From Gemmatimonadota bacterium (GTDB lineage Bacteria; Latescibacterota; UBA2968; UBA8231), in the NCBI GenBank assembly GCA_038128265.1, contig JAYPJE010000009.1, forward strand, positions 1-62,874: 62,874 nucleotides of DNA. The letters run 5' to 3'. The first letter of the stretch is position 1; every line of letters starts with the position of its first letter. The translations under genes were made by a program, and so were the position numbers. The notes under the pieces were generated by a model. The model had not been told where the DNA came from. It saw only the letters and a list, made by a program, of their open reading frames with translations, and ran no database searches. Shown here piece after piece: positions 7,619 to 17,127 of the stretch.

Positions 7619-9916
7619 ATGTCTATTCTCGAACAGCTCAATCCCGCCCAGCGCGAAGCGGCCGCCGCTATAGAGGGCCCGCTCTTGGTCCTCGCCGGCG
7701 CCGGTTCCGGCAAGACGCGGGTACTGACCTATCGCATCGCCCATCTCGTAGAAGAACTGGGCGTGGCGCCTTGGAATATTCTCGCCGTCACCTTTACCAA
7801 CAAGGCCGCAGGTGAAATGCGCGAGCGCGTTGAGAGGCTGGTTGGCGAGAAGGCCAGTGAAATTTGGATTGGCACCTTCCATTCAATCTGCGCGCGTCTG
7901 CTGCGCTATGAAGCCGAAGCATTTGGTCTCGATCGCAGCTTCAGCATTTACGACGAGGACGATCGCCGTGCGGCCATTCGCCGCGTATTTGAAACGCTCA
8001 ATATCAACGACAAAGACCTGACGCCGCGCTCTGTTATCGCACAAATTAGTCGCGCCAAAAACGCCCTTGTCGACCCGATGACCTTTGCTCGCGAAGCGGG
8101 AGAATCGCCAAATAAAAAGCTTATTGGCGAACTCTACGCGGCCTACGAAGCCGATCTACGCCGCAATAACGCCCTCGATTTTGACGACCTGCTAGTAGAA
8201 ACCGTGCGCCAGTTTGACAACCATCCAGCGGTCCTGCAAAAATACCAGCAGCGCTTTCACTATGCCCACGTCGACGAATATCAGGACACCAACCGACCGC
8301 AGTACATGCTGTGCCGCCAGCTAGCGGCTCACCACCGAAACCTCTGCGTCGTCGGCGACGACGATCAGTCCATCTACCAATTTCGCGGTGCCGACCTGCG
8401 CAATATACTCGACTTTGAACGGGATTATCCCGATGCCCACACCGTGCGCTTGGAACAGAATTACCGCTCGACAAAGCGCATTTTGGAAGCAGCCAACCAG
8501 GTTATATCCAACAACAAAGACCGCAAGGGCAAAAAGCTGTGGACCGATGGCCACGAAGGCGAGCTAATTGAGTTAGTCCAATGCGACACGGACCGGCGCG
8601 AAGCGCGCTTCGTCGTCGAGACGCTGCGGCGCCAGTTGGGCTCGGGCGGCTACGCCCCCGGCGACGCCGCCGTACTCTACCGCACCAACGCCCAGTCGCG
8701 CGCGCTCGAAGAGGAGCTGCAGCGCTCGGGGCTGCGCTATGCAATCGTCGGCAGCATCCGCTTTTACGAGCGCCGCGAGATAAAGGATATCCTTACGTAT
8801 TTGCGCCTGCTGGCAAATCCATCCGACGACGTCGGTCTGCGCCGCATCATCAACGTGCCGCGCCGCGGTATTGGCGATACCTCGCTGGACTATCTACAGC
8901 GCCACGCGCTCAATCATGGTCTAAACCTTTTTGCGACAATGGACCAACTCGAGTCGGTAGACGGTCTCAATGCGCGTGCCAAAAAGCAGTTGACCGCTTT
9001 CAAGAGCATAATGGACGGACTGGCAGCTGCGCGTGCCGCTGCGACGTTGCCCGAATTGGGCCAGCGGGTCTTTGAAGAGAGCGGCTACCTGCAGATGCTG
9101 CGCGAGGAGAATACGCTCGAGTCACAAACGCGCGAAGAAAACGTCGACCAGCTCATTGCCTTTATGACGGAGTTTGAAGAAACGCATGAAGAGGCTACGC
9201 TCGAACTCTTTTTAGAAGAAATAGCCCTCATGTCTCCCATGGATGAAACGGATGGCAACAGCGACGCCATCACTCTTATGACGTTGCACAGCGCGAAGGG
9301 CTTAGAATACCCAATCGTATTCATGTGCGGCATGGAAGAAAATCTCTTTCCAACCGCGCGCTCCGTTGAAGAAAGCCGCGCGAACCCTCAGGCGATTGAA
9401 GAGGAGCGCCGCCTGTGCTACGTAGGCATCACGCGGGCGCGCGAGCACCTCTATCTGACCTACGCCAATCGTCGCTATGCCTATGGCAATCTAATCGACT
9501 GCGATCCCTCCCGCTTTCTGCAGGAAATACCCGACGAGCTCTACTCCGTCAAGCGGGAAGTAGTCGAGTTTAACCCGCGCACGCGCCAGCCCGGACAGGC
9601 GCGTTTTGGATCGTCCTCTCCGCGCGGAACGGGCCGCTCAGGCCCTGCAGTGCGCAAGAAAATTACCCCACCCGCCCAACCCAAAGGCGTGCACTACGAA
9701 TGGGATGAGGGGGCACAGGCCTCTTCGGGCGGCTTTGCCGACTTGGTTGACCAGGATGACTTTCTCGCCGTAGGTCAGTGGGTCCGCCACGCCTCTTGGG
9801 GACGCGGTCAAATCGTGGCGCGGGACGGACACGGAGAAAATATGAAGCTCTCCATTCGCTTTGGCCCCCACGTTAAAAAAGTGGCCGTAGCCTACGCACA
9901 ACTAGAACCAGCCTAA
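7619..9916 (+). CDS. pcrA: ATP-dependent DNA helicase PcrA/UvrD
   Basis: All SF1A motifs (AGAGSGKT, TFTNKAA, VDEYQDTN, VGDDDQSIY, QNYRS, HSAKGLE, EERRLCYVGITRA) and a C-terminal Tudor-like domain. Confidence 0.96.
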   Translation: MSILEQLNPAQREAAAAIEGPLLVLAGAGSGKTRVLTYRIAHLVEELGVAPWNILAVTFTNKAAGEMRERVERLVGEKASEIWIGTFHSICARLLRYEAEAFGLDRSFSIYDEDDRRAAIRRVFETLNINDKDLTPRSVIAQISRAKNALVDPMTFAREAGESPNKKLIGELYAAYEADLRRNNALDFDDLLVETVRQFDNHPAVLQKYQQRFHYAHVDEYQDTNRPQYMLCRQLAAHHRNLCVVGDDDQSIYQFRGADLRNILDFERDYPDAHTVRLEQNYRSTKRILEAANQVISNNKDRKGKKLWTDGHEGELIELVQCDTDRREARFVVETLRRQLGSGGYAPGDAAVLYRTNAQSRALEEELQRSGLRYAIVGSIRFYERREIKDILTYLRLLANPSDDVGLRRIINVPRRGIGDTSLDYLQRHALNHGLNLFATMDQLESVDGLNARAKKQLTAFKSIMDGLAAARAAATLPELGQRVFEESGYLQMLREENTLESQTREENVDQLIAFMTEFEETHEEATLELFLEEIALMSPMDETDGNSDAITLMTLHSAKGLEYPIVFMCGMEENLFPTARSVEESRANPQAIEEERRLCYVGITRAREHLYLTYANRRYAYGNLIDCDPSRFLQEIPDELYSVKREVVEFNPRTRQPGQARFGSSSPRGTGRSGPAVRKKITPPAQPKGVHYEWDEGAQASSGGFADLVDQDDFLAVGQWVRHASWGRGQIVARDGHGENMKLSIRFGPHVKKVAVAYAQLEPA

Positions 9917-9918
9917 GC

Positions 9919-10692
9919 TTGGCCACTACACGACCCCGCCGCGCCGTGCTGTTGGCTGCCGGCCGCGGCCAGCGCCTTGCACCGCATACCGACTCGGTGC
10001 CCAAACCGCTGATAGCACTCAACGGCCGCCCCCTACTCGAGTATATATTGAGTAACGTCGCCGCCGCTGGCTGCCAACAGGTGCTGTTGGTAATCGGCTA
10101 TCGCGGCGATATGATCCGCCAGCACTTCGGCGATGGGCACTCGCTCGGCTTGGAACTATCCTACATCGAACAGGGTTCTGTGGCCGGCACCGGGGCGGCC
10201 GCGCTTATGGCCATGCACTTTGTTGGCGCGGAACCCTTTTTCTTGGGCTGGGGCGACATCCTAGCTGCAGCCGCAGAATACGGACGGCTCGTTGACGAGT
10301 TTGCGCGCCTGGGACCCGATGCCCTGCTGCTGCTCGAAGCGGTCGACGATCCCCGCCACGGAGCGGCCGTAGAAATGGCCGATGGGCGCATTCTCTCCCT
10401 CGAAGAAAAACCAGAACACTCTACGGCGCGCTGGAATCAGGCCGGTCTATCCATCTATACCCCGCATCTTTTCGCCGCACTCCAATCCCTGTCCCTCTCT
10501 CCGCGCGGCGAATTGGAACTCACCGCTGCCGTGCAACAGCTCATTGATGAGGACCGCTGCGTTTGTGGCCTACCCATGCTGCACCCGCGCCTACACCTGA
10601 CCCACCCAGAAGACATCCCCCGCGTCGAAAAGGTGCTGGCTAGCGACGGCCGCTACCGGCCGAGTATTGCCCAATCAGGTCGGGATAGTTAA
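9919..10692 (+). CDS. Sugar-phosphate nucleotidyltransferase family protein
   Basis: LAAGRGQRL.P.T..VPKPL, GD, EEKP, SPRGELELT. Confidence 0.9.
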   Translation: MATTRPRRAVLLAAGRGQRLAPHTDSVPKPLIALNGRPLLEYILSNVAAAGCQQVLLVIGYRGDMIRQHFGDGHSLGLELSYIEQGSVAGTGAAALMAMHFVGAEPFFLGWGDILAAAAEYGRLVDEFARLGPDALLLLEAVDDPRHGAAVEMADGRILSLEEKPEHSTARWNQAGLSIYTPHLFAALQSLSLSPRGELELTAAVQQLIDEDRCVCGLPMLHPRLHLTHPEDIPRVEKVLASDGRYRPSIAQSGRDS

Positions 10693-10744
10693 TTTCTAAA
10701 GTCGTTGATTTCTAACGCTTTTTAGGACTTTTTGCCCCTTGTCA

Positions 10745-12070
10745 ATGCACGCCCAAACCGCCTCGCAACCGCTGCGCGTAGCGCTGCAAAATGTCGGCTG
10801 CAAACTCAATTCGTACGAAGTGGAAGCACTGGCGCACAACTTTGATCGGCGCGGATATCAGATCGTGCCCTTCGATGCGACAGCCGATGTCTACGTGGTC
10901 AATACCTGCACCGTAACTGGGTCGGGCGATGCGGATTCGCGCAAGGCCGTGCGCCGCGCACGGCGAGCCAATCCGCGTGCCACCGTCGTAGCCACCGGCT
11001 GCTATGCCCAGCGCAGACCCGTCGAACTGAACGAGGCCGGCGCGGACCTGATCGTTGGCAATGGCCAAAAGGCCCACCTGCTCGATCGCCTCCAGGCCCA
11101 TCTAAACGGCGAAGTACCGCTTGCCATAGCCTCCGATAGCCCCCCGCGCACCGAGGCTTTTCTGTCTATCGACGGCCTCGTCGACCAAGGGCGCACGCGC
11201 GGCATGTTGCAGGTTCAAGACGGCTGCGATGAACACTGCACCTATTGTATTATTCCCAGCGTGCGCGGCCAGAGCGTGAGTCGCCCCGTCGCGGCGATTG
11301 TCGAGCAGGCACAGCAGATGGTCGCGGCCGGCTATCGAGAGCTGGCCCTAACCGGCGTGCATACAGGCAGCTTTGGCTACGATGTCGGCAACCGCGATGG
11401 ACTCGTCGAACTCATCCAGGCCTTGGATAGTGTAGACGGCCTGCAGCGGGTGCGGCTCAACTCCATCGAACCTGCCTATATTAGCGATGCCCTTATCGCC
11501 TATGCCGCCAAGTCGAGGACGTTTTGTCGCCATTTCCACATCCCCCTGCAAAGCGGCTCGGATGCCGTCCTCAAACGCATGGGGCGCCATTACGATGCGG
11601 CCTACTATCGATCGCGGGTCGAGCAGATTGCCAATGCGCTGCCCGACTGCGCCATTGGTGCCGATGTCATGGTCGGCTTTCCCGGAGAGGAAGCGGGCGA
11701 CTTCCAGCAGACCTACGACCTATTAGCCGGCCTGCCCATGACCTACCTGCACGTCTTCCCCTTTTCTCTGCGCGAAGGCACGCCGGCCGAAAAGCTAGCC
11801 GCCCACTGTGATAGTGCGACCAAAAAAGAGCGCGCACAGCGGCTAATTGCGCTGGGTAAAGCCCAGCGCCTGGCCTTTCACCAGCGCGCGGTAGGCCGGG
11901 CGCTTTCCGCGCTCGTCGAAGACCGCACGGACCCCGCATCTGGATTACGTATTGGTTTGAGCGACAACTATATACGCGTCTTATTTAATGGAGAAGTTTC
12001 AGCAAATGAGATCGTCTCCGTGCGGGTCGAACAGGCGCGCGAAGACCTGGTCTTTGGAGAGCTGTCGTGA
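10745..12070 (+). CDS. mtaB: tRNA t6A37 methylthiotransferase MtaB
   Basis: GCKLNSYE, NTCTVT, TGCYAQ, VQDGCDEHCTYC radical-SAM motif, LTGVH, HFHIPLQSG, HVFPFS.REGT. Confidence 0.92.
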   Translation: MHAQTASQPLRVALQNVGCKLNSYEVEALAHNFDRRGYQIVPFDATADVYVVNTCTVTGSGDADSRKAVRRARRANPRATVVATGCYAQRRPVELNEAGADLIVGNGQKAHLLDRLQAHLNGEVPLAIASDSPPRTEAFLSIDGLVDQGRTRGMLQVQDGCDEHCTYCIIPSVRGQSVSRPVAAIVEQAQQMVAAGYRELALTGVHTGSFGYDVGNRDGLVELIQALDSVDGLQRVRLNSIEPAYISDALIAYAAKSRTFCRHFHIPLQSGSDAVLKRMGRHYDAAYYRSRVEQIANALPDCAIGADVMVGFPGEEAGDFQQTYDLLAGLPMTYLHVFPFSLREGTPAEKLAAHCDSATKKERAQRLIALGKAQRLAFHQRAVGRALSALVEDRTDPASGLRIGLSDNYIRVLFNGEVSANEIVSVRVEQAREDLVFGELS

Positions 12071-13452
12071 GCACCGAACTCAATATAATCGACGACGTTG
12101 GAACCCATGCTGCGGCCGCTCGCCACGGCCGCAATACCGACAGCCGCAGCGCCTACGTAGAGACCTATGGCTGTCAGATGAACGTCGCCGACAGCGAGTT
12201 GGTCGCGCGCATCCTCAACGAAGCCGGCTTTACCATCACAGACAGCGCCGAACGCGCCGACGTCATCCTCCTCAATACCTGTGCGGTGCGTGAACACGCC
12301 GAGGAGCGCGTCATTGGCCGCGTTTCGCAGCTGAACGGCTTGCGCGCCCAGCGGCCCAACCTCACGCTGGGGATTTTGGGATGCATGGCGCAGCACCTGA
12401 GCGAGACGCTGTCCGAGCGCGCGCCCTTTGTCGATCTGGTCATGGGACCCGACTCCTACCGCCGGCTGCCCGACCTCCTCGCGCAGAGCAGCGACGAGGC
12501 CCTGCTCGACGTGCGCCTAGACCGCTCGGAAAACTACATTGGCATCGCGCCCGTGCGCCGCGAGGGCACCAATGCATGGGTTACGATTATTCGCGGCTGC
12601 GACAAATTTTGCACCTTTTGCATTGTGCCCTTTGTGCGCGGCCGCGAGCGCAGCATCGCCGCCGACGAAATCGTGCAGCAAGTAAGCGCGGTGGCCGCCG
12701 AAGGCTTTCGCGAAGTAACCCTGCTGGGGCAAACGGTTAATTCTTACCGCGACAGCGCGTGCGATTTTGCCGATCTCCTGCGGCGCGTTGCTTGCGTCGA
12801 CGGGATTGAACGCCTGCGCTTTACCTCGCCCTATCCAGTTGATTTTAGCGACCGCGTCATCGAGGCCATGGCCGAATTGGATGCCGTCTGTCCCTATCTC
12901 CATCTGCCCGTGCAAAGCGGTTCGGACGCACAGCTGACTGCCATGCGACGCGGCTATACGGTCGACCAATTTCGCACGCTCGTAGCTAAACTGCGCGCCG
13001 CTATCCCCGATTTGGCCTTGAGCACGGATGTGATCGCCGGTTTTTGCGGCGAAACCGAGGATGACTTCCGGCAAACGGTCGAGTTAATGGAGGAAATTCG
13101 CTTCGACTCAGCTTTCATGTTCAAGTATTCCGAGCGCGAAGGCACCTACGCTCACAAGAAAATGCCCGATGACGTCCCCGAAGAAGTAAAGGGCGAACGA
13201 CTACAGCAAATCATTGCCCTACAAGAGCGCATTTCCGGTGAAATAAACAGCACCTGCGTAGGCCAGCGCTACCCCGTATTGGTCGAAGGCCCTTCGCGCC
13301 GCCCATCGCCCGATGGCACCCCGCGCTATTATGGGCGAACGCCGCAAAACAAAACGGCCGTGTTTTCTCAGCCCGTTCAGGCCAATAGCGTAGTCCAGAT
13401 AGAAGTAGAGAGCAATACCTCGCATACGCTCTTTGGCCGGTGCGTTGACTAG
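12067..13452 (+). CDS. miaB: tRNA i6A37 methylthiotransferase MiaB
   Basis: ETYGCQMNVADSE, NTCAVRE.AE, GPDSYR, GCDKFCTFCIVP..RGRERS, C-terminal TRAM domain. Confidence 0.95.
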   Translation: MSTELNIIDDVGTHAAAARHGRNTDSRSAYVETYGCQMNVADSELVARILNEAGFTITDSAERADVILLNTCAVREHAEERVIGRVSQLNGLRAQRPNLTLGILGCMAQHLSETLSERAPFVDLVMGPDSYRRLPDLLAQSSDEALLDVRLDRSENYIGIAPVRREGTNAWVTIIRGCDKFCTFCIVPFVRGRERSIAADEIVQQVSAVAAEGFREVTLLGQTVNSYRDSACDFADLLRRVACVDGIERLRFTSPYPVDFSDRVIEAMAELDAVCPYLHLPVQSGSDAQLTAMRRGYTVDQFRTLVAKLRAAIPDLALSTDVIAGFCGETEDDFRQTVELMEEIRFDSAFMFKYSEREGTYAHKKMPDDVPEEVKGERLQQIIALQERISGEINSTCVGQRYPVLVEGPSRRPSPDGTPRYYGRTPQNKTAVFSQPVQANSVVQIEVESNTSHTLFGRCVD

Positions 13453-13555
13453 GCCTACTGCGCCCATCCACCTCGGCAACTTTTCTCTACCTCATCAACA
13501 GTTCAAACCGTCCTTTATTAGTACAGTAAAAAGCCCCCCCCTTTGCGCATACATC

Positions 13556-14983
13556 ATGAATGCCATGCACAGCCCAATTGCCCCCGTTATTCAATTGATT
13601 TTTGTAGCCGCTCTCTGTATCACGGCCGCCAGAGCTCAGGAACGCCCCTATGGCCTTGAACAACGCGTAGCCAATACTTCGCTGCTCATTGACCTAACAC
13701 AGGGCCCACCGGCCGAGCGCCTCTCGCAAACGGGGCTATTTACCGATATGCAGCAGCAGACCGTAGCTGCGGGTATCATACCCTATGCCGTCAATTCGCC
13801 GCTCTGGTCCGATGGAACGCATAAAACGCGCTTTTTAGCCCTCCCCGGCACGGCGCAAATTGATTTTTCGCGGGATGGGCACTGGACCTTCCCACCCAAT
13901 TCTGTGCTGGTCAAAAACTTCTACGTCGAATTTGTCAAAGGCGACCCTTTGAGCCGGCACATTATCGAAACGCGCCTCCTGATCAAAGAGGGTCAACAGG
14001 AACAGTGGCGGGGATTTAGCTATCGCTGGAACGAGGCGGGCACCGAGGCCTTTCGCCTCAGAGAAAGCGAGGAACTAACCCTATTTATTGTCGATGGCGA
14101 TGCCCCGGAAGGCTACAGGGAGCAGCGCTACTTTTACCCGGGGCCACAGGACTGCACTTTTTGCCACCGCGAGGCAGCCGGACGCGTCTTGGGGCTGCGC
14201 ACCGGCCAACTCAACGGCGAATTCGCCTACGGCTCGGTGACGGATAACCAGCTGCGCAGCCTGAATCACATCGGCCTGTTTACTCGCGACATCGGCGAGG
14301 AATACACCGACTTTCCCCGCTGGCCCAATCCGCTCGACGAAAGCGAACCCCTCGAAGCGCGCGCACGCGCCTATCTGGCGGCCAACTGCGCGCACTGCCA
14401 CCGCCCCGACGGCGTTGATCGCGCCGATTTTGACGTGCGTTTTGGGGTGCCAACGTCGCAGTCGCGCACCGTAGGTATTTCTCCATCGCTGGGACGCCTC
14501 GACGCCGAACCCGAGCGCGCACGCATTATCCTGCCCGGCAACGCCGCGGCCTCCACCCTCTACCTGCGCACGCAAAACTTCAGCTCGTTTCGCATGCCGC
14601 CGCTGGCAACCAGCGTGCTCGACCATGCCGGAACCGACGTGCTGCGGCGCTGGATCGAAGGCATGGCGCTGCCAACGCACGTAGCCGCAGAAACGGGCGC
14701 GCCGAACCGCTTTACCCTTGGGCAAAACTACCCCAATCCCTTTAACGCTTCGACGCATATCGACTTTTCTCTGGCGGCCCCATCACACGTCGTTTTGGCC
14801 CTTTTCGACGCATCCGGGCAGCGGGTGCGCACGCTGGTCGATGGCCCTCGCCAGGCCGGTTCCCATACCGTTTCCTGGAACGGCCGAAACGCCGGGGGCA
14901 TATCCCTAGCCAGCGGCGTGTATTTTTATCGACTGCAGACCGACCGCTCTACCCAGGTCCGCCGGCTAATATTGCTCAAATAA
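13556..14983 (+). CDS. Secreted di-heme c-type cytochrome (SO2930-like) with C-terminal T9SS-A/FlgD-Ig-like domain
   Basis: Signal peptide (ARA-Q), LSQTGLF, NSPLWSDG..K.R, ETRLL, two CxxCH motifs (CTFCH, CAHCH), RMPP, C-terminal QNYPNPFN...SGVYFYRL...LILLK. Start 13556 or 13565. Confidence 0.85.
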   Translation: MNAMHSPIAPVIQLIFVAALCITAARAQERPYGLEQRVANTSLLIDLTQGPPAERLSQTGLFTDMQQQTVAAGIIPYAVNSPLWSDGTHKTRFLALPGTAQIDFSRDGHWTFPPNSVLVKNFYVEFVKGDPLSRHIIETRLLIKEGQQEQWRGFSYRWNEAGTEAFRLRESEELTLFIVDGDAPEGYREQRYFYPGPQDCTFCHREAAGRVLGLRTGQLNGEFAYGSVTDNQLRSLNHIGLFTRDIGEEYTDFPRWPNPLDESEPLEARARAYLAANCAHCHRPDGVDRADFDVRFGVPTSQSRTVGISPSLGRLDAEPERARIILPGNAAASTLYLRTQNFSSFRMPPLATSVLDHAGTDVLRRWIEGMALPTHVAAETGAPNRFTLGQNYPNPFNASTHIDFSLAAPSHVVLALFDASGQRVRTLVDGPRQAGSHTVSWNGRNAGGISLASGVYFYRLQTDRSTQVRRLILLK

Positions 14984-15024
14984 TCGTTCCCTCCCCCTCA
15001 CTCACTCCGACGGAAGGAAGCTCC

Positions 15025-17043
15025 ATGCAACTGAATCTATTCCGCACGGCCGCAGCGCTGACCGCATTGGTCCTGCTGCCCGTATCTTCTCTAGCGCAAC
15101 CGCGCGTCCTGCACGACAATATACAGGTGCATAAGCTGCTAACGGTTCCCGAACGCACTATGCGCATCGCCAAAGACCCGCGCAATAACGCCCTCTACGT
15201 GCTGAGCGCGCAGGGCGATATTTCGCGAATCCACATACCCCCACCCGGCCAGCAGCCCCCCCAGCGCATCGCCCGCGGCGTGCGCGCAGCCGACGGCACC
15301 TTCCGCTGGACCGCTTTTAATCTCGACGGAGAGATTCCCTCCGGCGTGCCTGTGGAGGCTATTCGCCAAGCCATTGCCAACGGTTCGCGCAGTGCCACCA
15401 ACCCAATTGACGGCGTCCTCTACGTGCTCAATACGGACAACAATAGCTTGCTGACGCTGCCGCGCACGGTTATTGCCGGCCCGGCTGACCACGACATTCC
15501 CTTTGTCGGGGCGCTCTTTATCGACGACGGGGGTGCTTTTTATATCAGCCTCGACGTAGCGCGCGCCAACGCGCCTAGCATTGAGCGAGTCTACTCGAGT
15601 GCCGACCATGGGCTGAACGATACGCAAGGTCTTGCCATCGGTCCCGATGGTTCGCTCTACGTAGGCGGCAATCGCAGCCAGCGCAGCACGAATAGCATCG
15701 TTATTGCCAAAGGCCAGCTCGACCCGGCAAACGGCCGCCACAGCTGGCGCGAGTTGGCGCATACCGAACCCATTCCGCGTGGCGACGTCGGCGCCTTCAA
15801 CCACTTTCATCCAGGCCTTGCCGTCGATCCGACCGGCCAGTTCGTCTTTGTCAACAGCGGTTCCCGCACTGAACACGGTGAGCTAGCCGATATGAACGGG
15901 CAGTTTCCCAACCTGAGAGAAGCGCCGCTAACGTCGGCTATTTTGCGCGTGCCAACCCAGGGCGAAAACATCGTGATTCCGGCCGATGGCGCGGCGCTGG
16001 CCGCCTCCGGCTTTTTGTTCTCCGATGGACACCGCAATGCCTTTGACCTGAGCTTCGGACCGGGAGGCGATCTGTTCTCTGTCGACAATGGACCCGATTG
16101 GGATATGTCGGACGAAATCAACTGGGTCCGACCCGGCCGTCACTACGGCTTCCCCTGGCGCATGGGTGACTACGACAACCCACAGCAGTTTGCCAATTAC
16201 GATCCCAACAACGACCCCCTGCTACAAAACAACTCATGGGCCAAGCAAAACGGGCTCTTTTACAACGATCCGAGCTTTCCACCACCGCCTCCCGGCGTGC
16301 GCTTTGCCGATCCAATCATCAACATCGGGCCAGATGCCAACAGCTACCGCCGCCTCGACGGCCAAATTGTCGATGCCAGCACCGAGGGGACACCTGTCTT
16401 TACGCTAACGGCGCACAGTTCGCCGCTGGGGTTGGTCTTTGACAATGCAGGTGCTATGGCCCCCCCTTTTAAGCGCTCCGGCTTTGTCCTGCGCATCGGC
16501 GGCAGCATCGCCAGCCTCATCAACTCATTTGGCGATCCCGACCAGGACCTGCTGCACCTGCAAATGGAAAAAACCCCCAACGGGGAAAACTACCAGGCCC
16601 GCGTGACGCGCCTGGTCGGCGGCTTCGATAGTCCGATCGACGCGGAAATTATCGGCAACCGCATTTATGTAATCGAATGGGGTAACACCCGCGGCCTGTG
16701 GGAGGTGATTCTGCCGCCGGATGACCGGACCGCCGTTGAGGAAATTGAAGGGGATGCGCTACCCGAGTTTTCGGCGCTGGAGCAAAACTACCCCAACCCC
16801 TTTAACCCGAGCACGACCATTGAGTACAGCCTCGACGTACAGGGGCACGTCAAACTAGCCGTTTTCGACGTGCTTGGTCAGAAAGTCCGCTCGCTCGTCG
16901 ACGCTGGGCAGCAGCCAGGCCGGTACCGCCTGCAGTGGGATGGACGCACGGACAGCGGCAGCATGGCAGCCAGCGGCGTGTATATTTACCAGCTTAACAC
17001 GCCCTCGGGCCAGGTTGCACGCCGATTAACTCTGCTCAAATAG
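15025..17043 (+). CDS. Secreted glucose/sorbosone dehydrogenase-like beta-propeller with T9SS-A/FlgD-Ig-like C-terminal domain
   Basis: Signal peptide (SLA-Q), GHRNAFDL.F, DNGPD, DEINW..G.HYGFPW, HSSPLGLVF, then TAVEE and QNYPNPFNP...SGVYIYQL. Confidence 0.85.
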   Translation: MQLNLFRTAAALTALVLLPVSSLAQPRVLHDNIQVHKLLTVPERTMRIAKDPRNNALYVLSAQGDISRIHIPPPGQQPPQRIARGVRAADGTFRWTAFNLDGEIPSGVPVEAIRQAIANGSRSATNPIDGVLYVLNTDNNSLLTLPRTVIAGPADHDIPFVGALFIDDGGAFYISLDVARANAPSIERVYSSADHGLNDTQGLAIGPDGSLYVGGNRSQRSTNSIVIAKGQLDPANGRHSWRELAHTEPIPRGDVGAFNHFHPGLAVDPTGQFVFVNSGSRTEHGELADMNGQFPNLREAPLTSAILRVPTQGENIVIPADGAALAASGFLFSDGHRNAFDLSFGPGGDLFSVDNGPDWDMSDEINWVRPGRHYGFPWRMGDYDNPQQFANYDPNNDPLLQNNSWAKQNGLFYNDPSFPPPPPGVRFADPIINIGPDANSYRRLDGQIVDASTEGTPVFTLTAHSSPLGLVFDNAGAMAPPFKRSGFVLRIGGSIASLINSFGDPDQDLLHLQMEKTPNGENYQARVTRLVGGFDSPIDAEIIGNRIYVIEWGNTRGLWEVILPPDDRTAVEEIEGDALPEFSALEQNYPNPFNPSTTIEYSLDVQGHVKLAVFDVLGQKVRSLVDAGQQPGRYRLQWDGRTDSGSMAASGVYIYQLNTPSGQVARRLTLLK

Positions 17044-17045
17044 CA

Positions 17046-17091
17046 GACGCAGAAAGGGCGGTTTGTTTCGCCAAACCGCCCTTTCTGCGTC
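17046..17091. terminator. Strong hairpin between convergent genes, probably a bidirectional terminator
   Basis: Perfect 20-bp inverted repeat GACGCAGAAAGGGCGGTTTG / CAAACCGCCCTTTCTGCGTC with a 6-nt loop. Confidence 0.85.
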
Positions 17092-17127
17092 AAAGCAGAG
17101 ATAAATCAAACAGGTCTCTGATAAACC

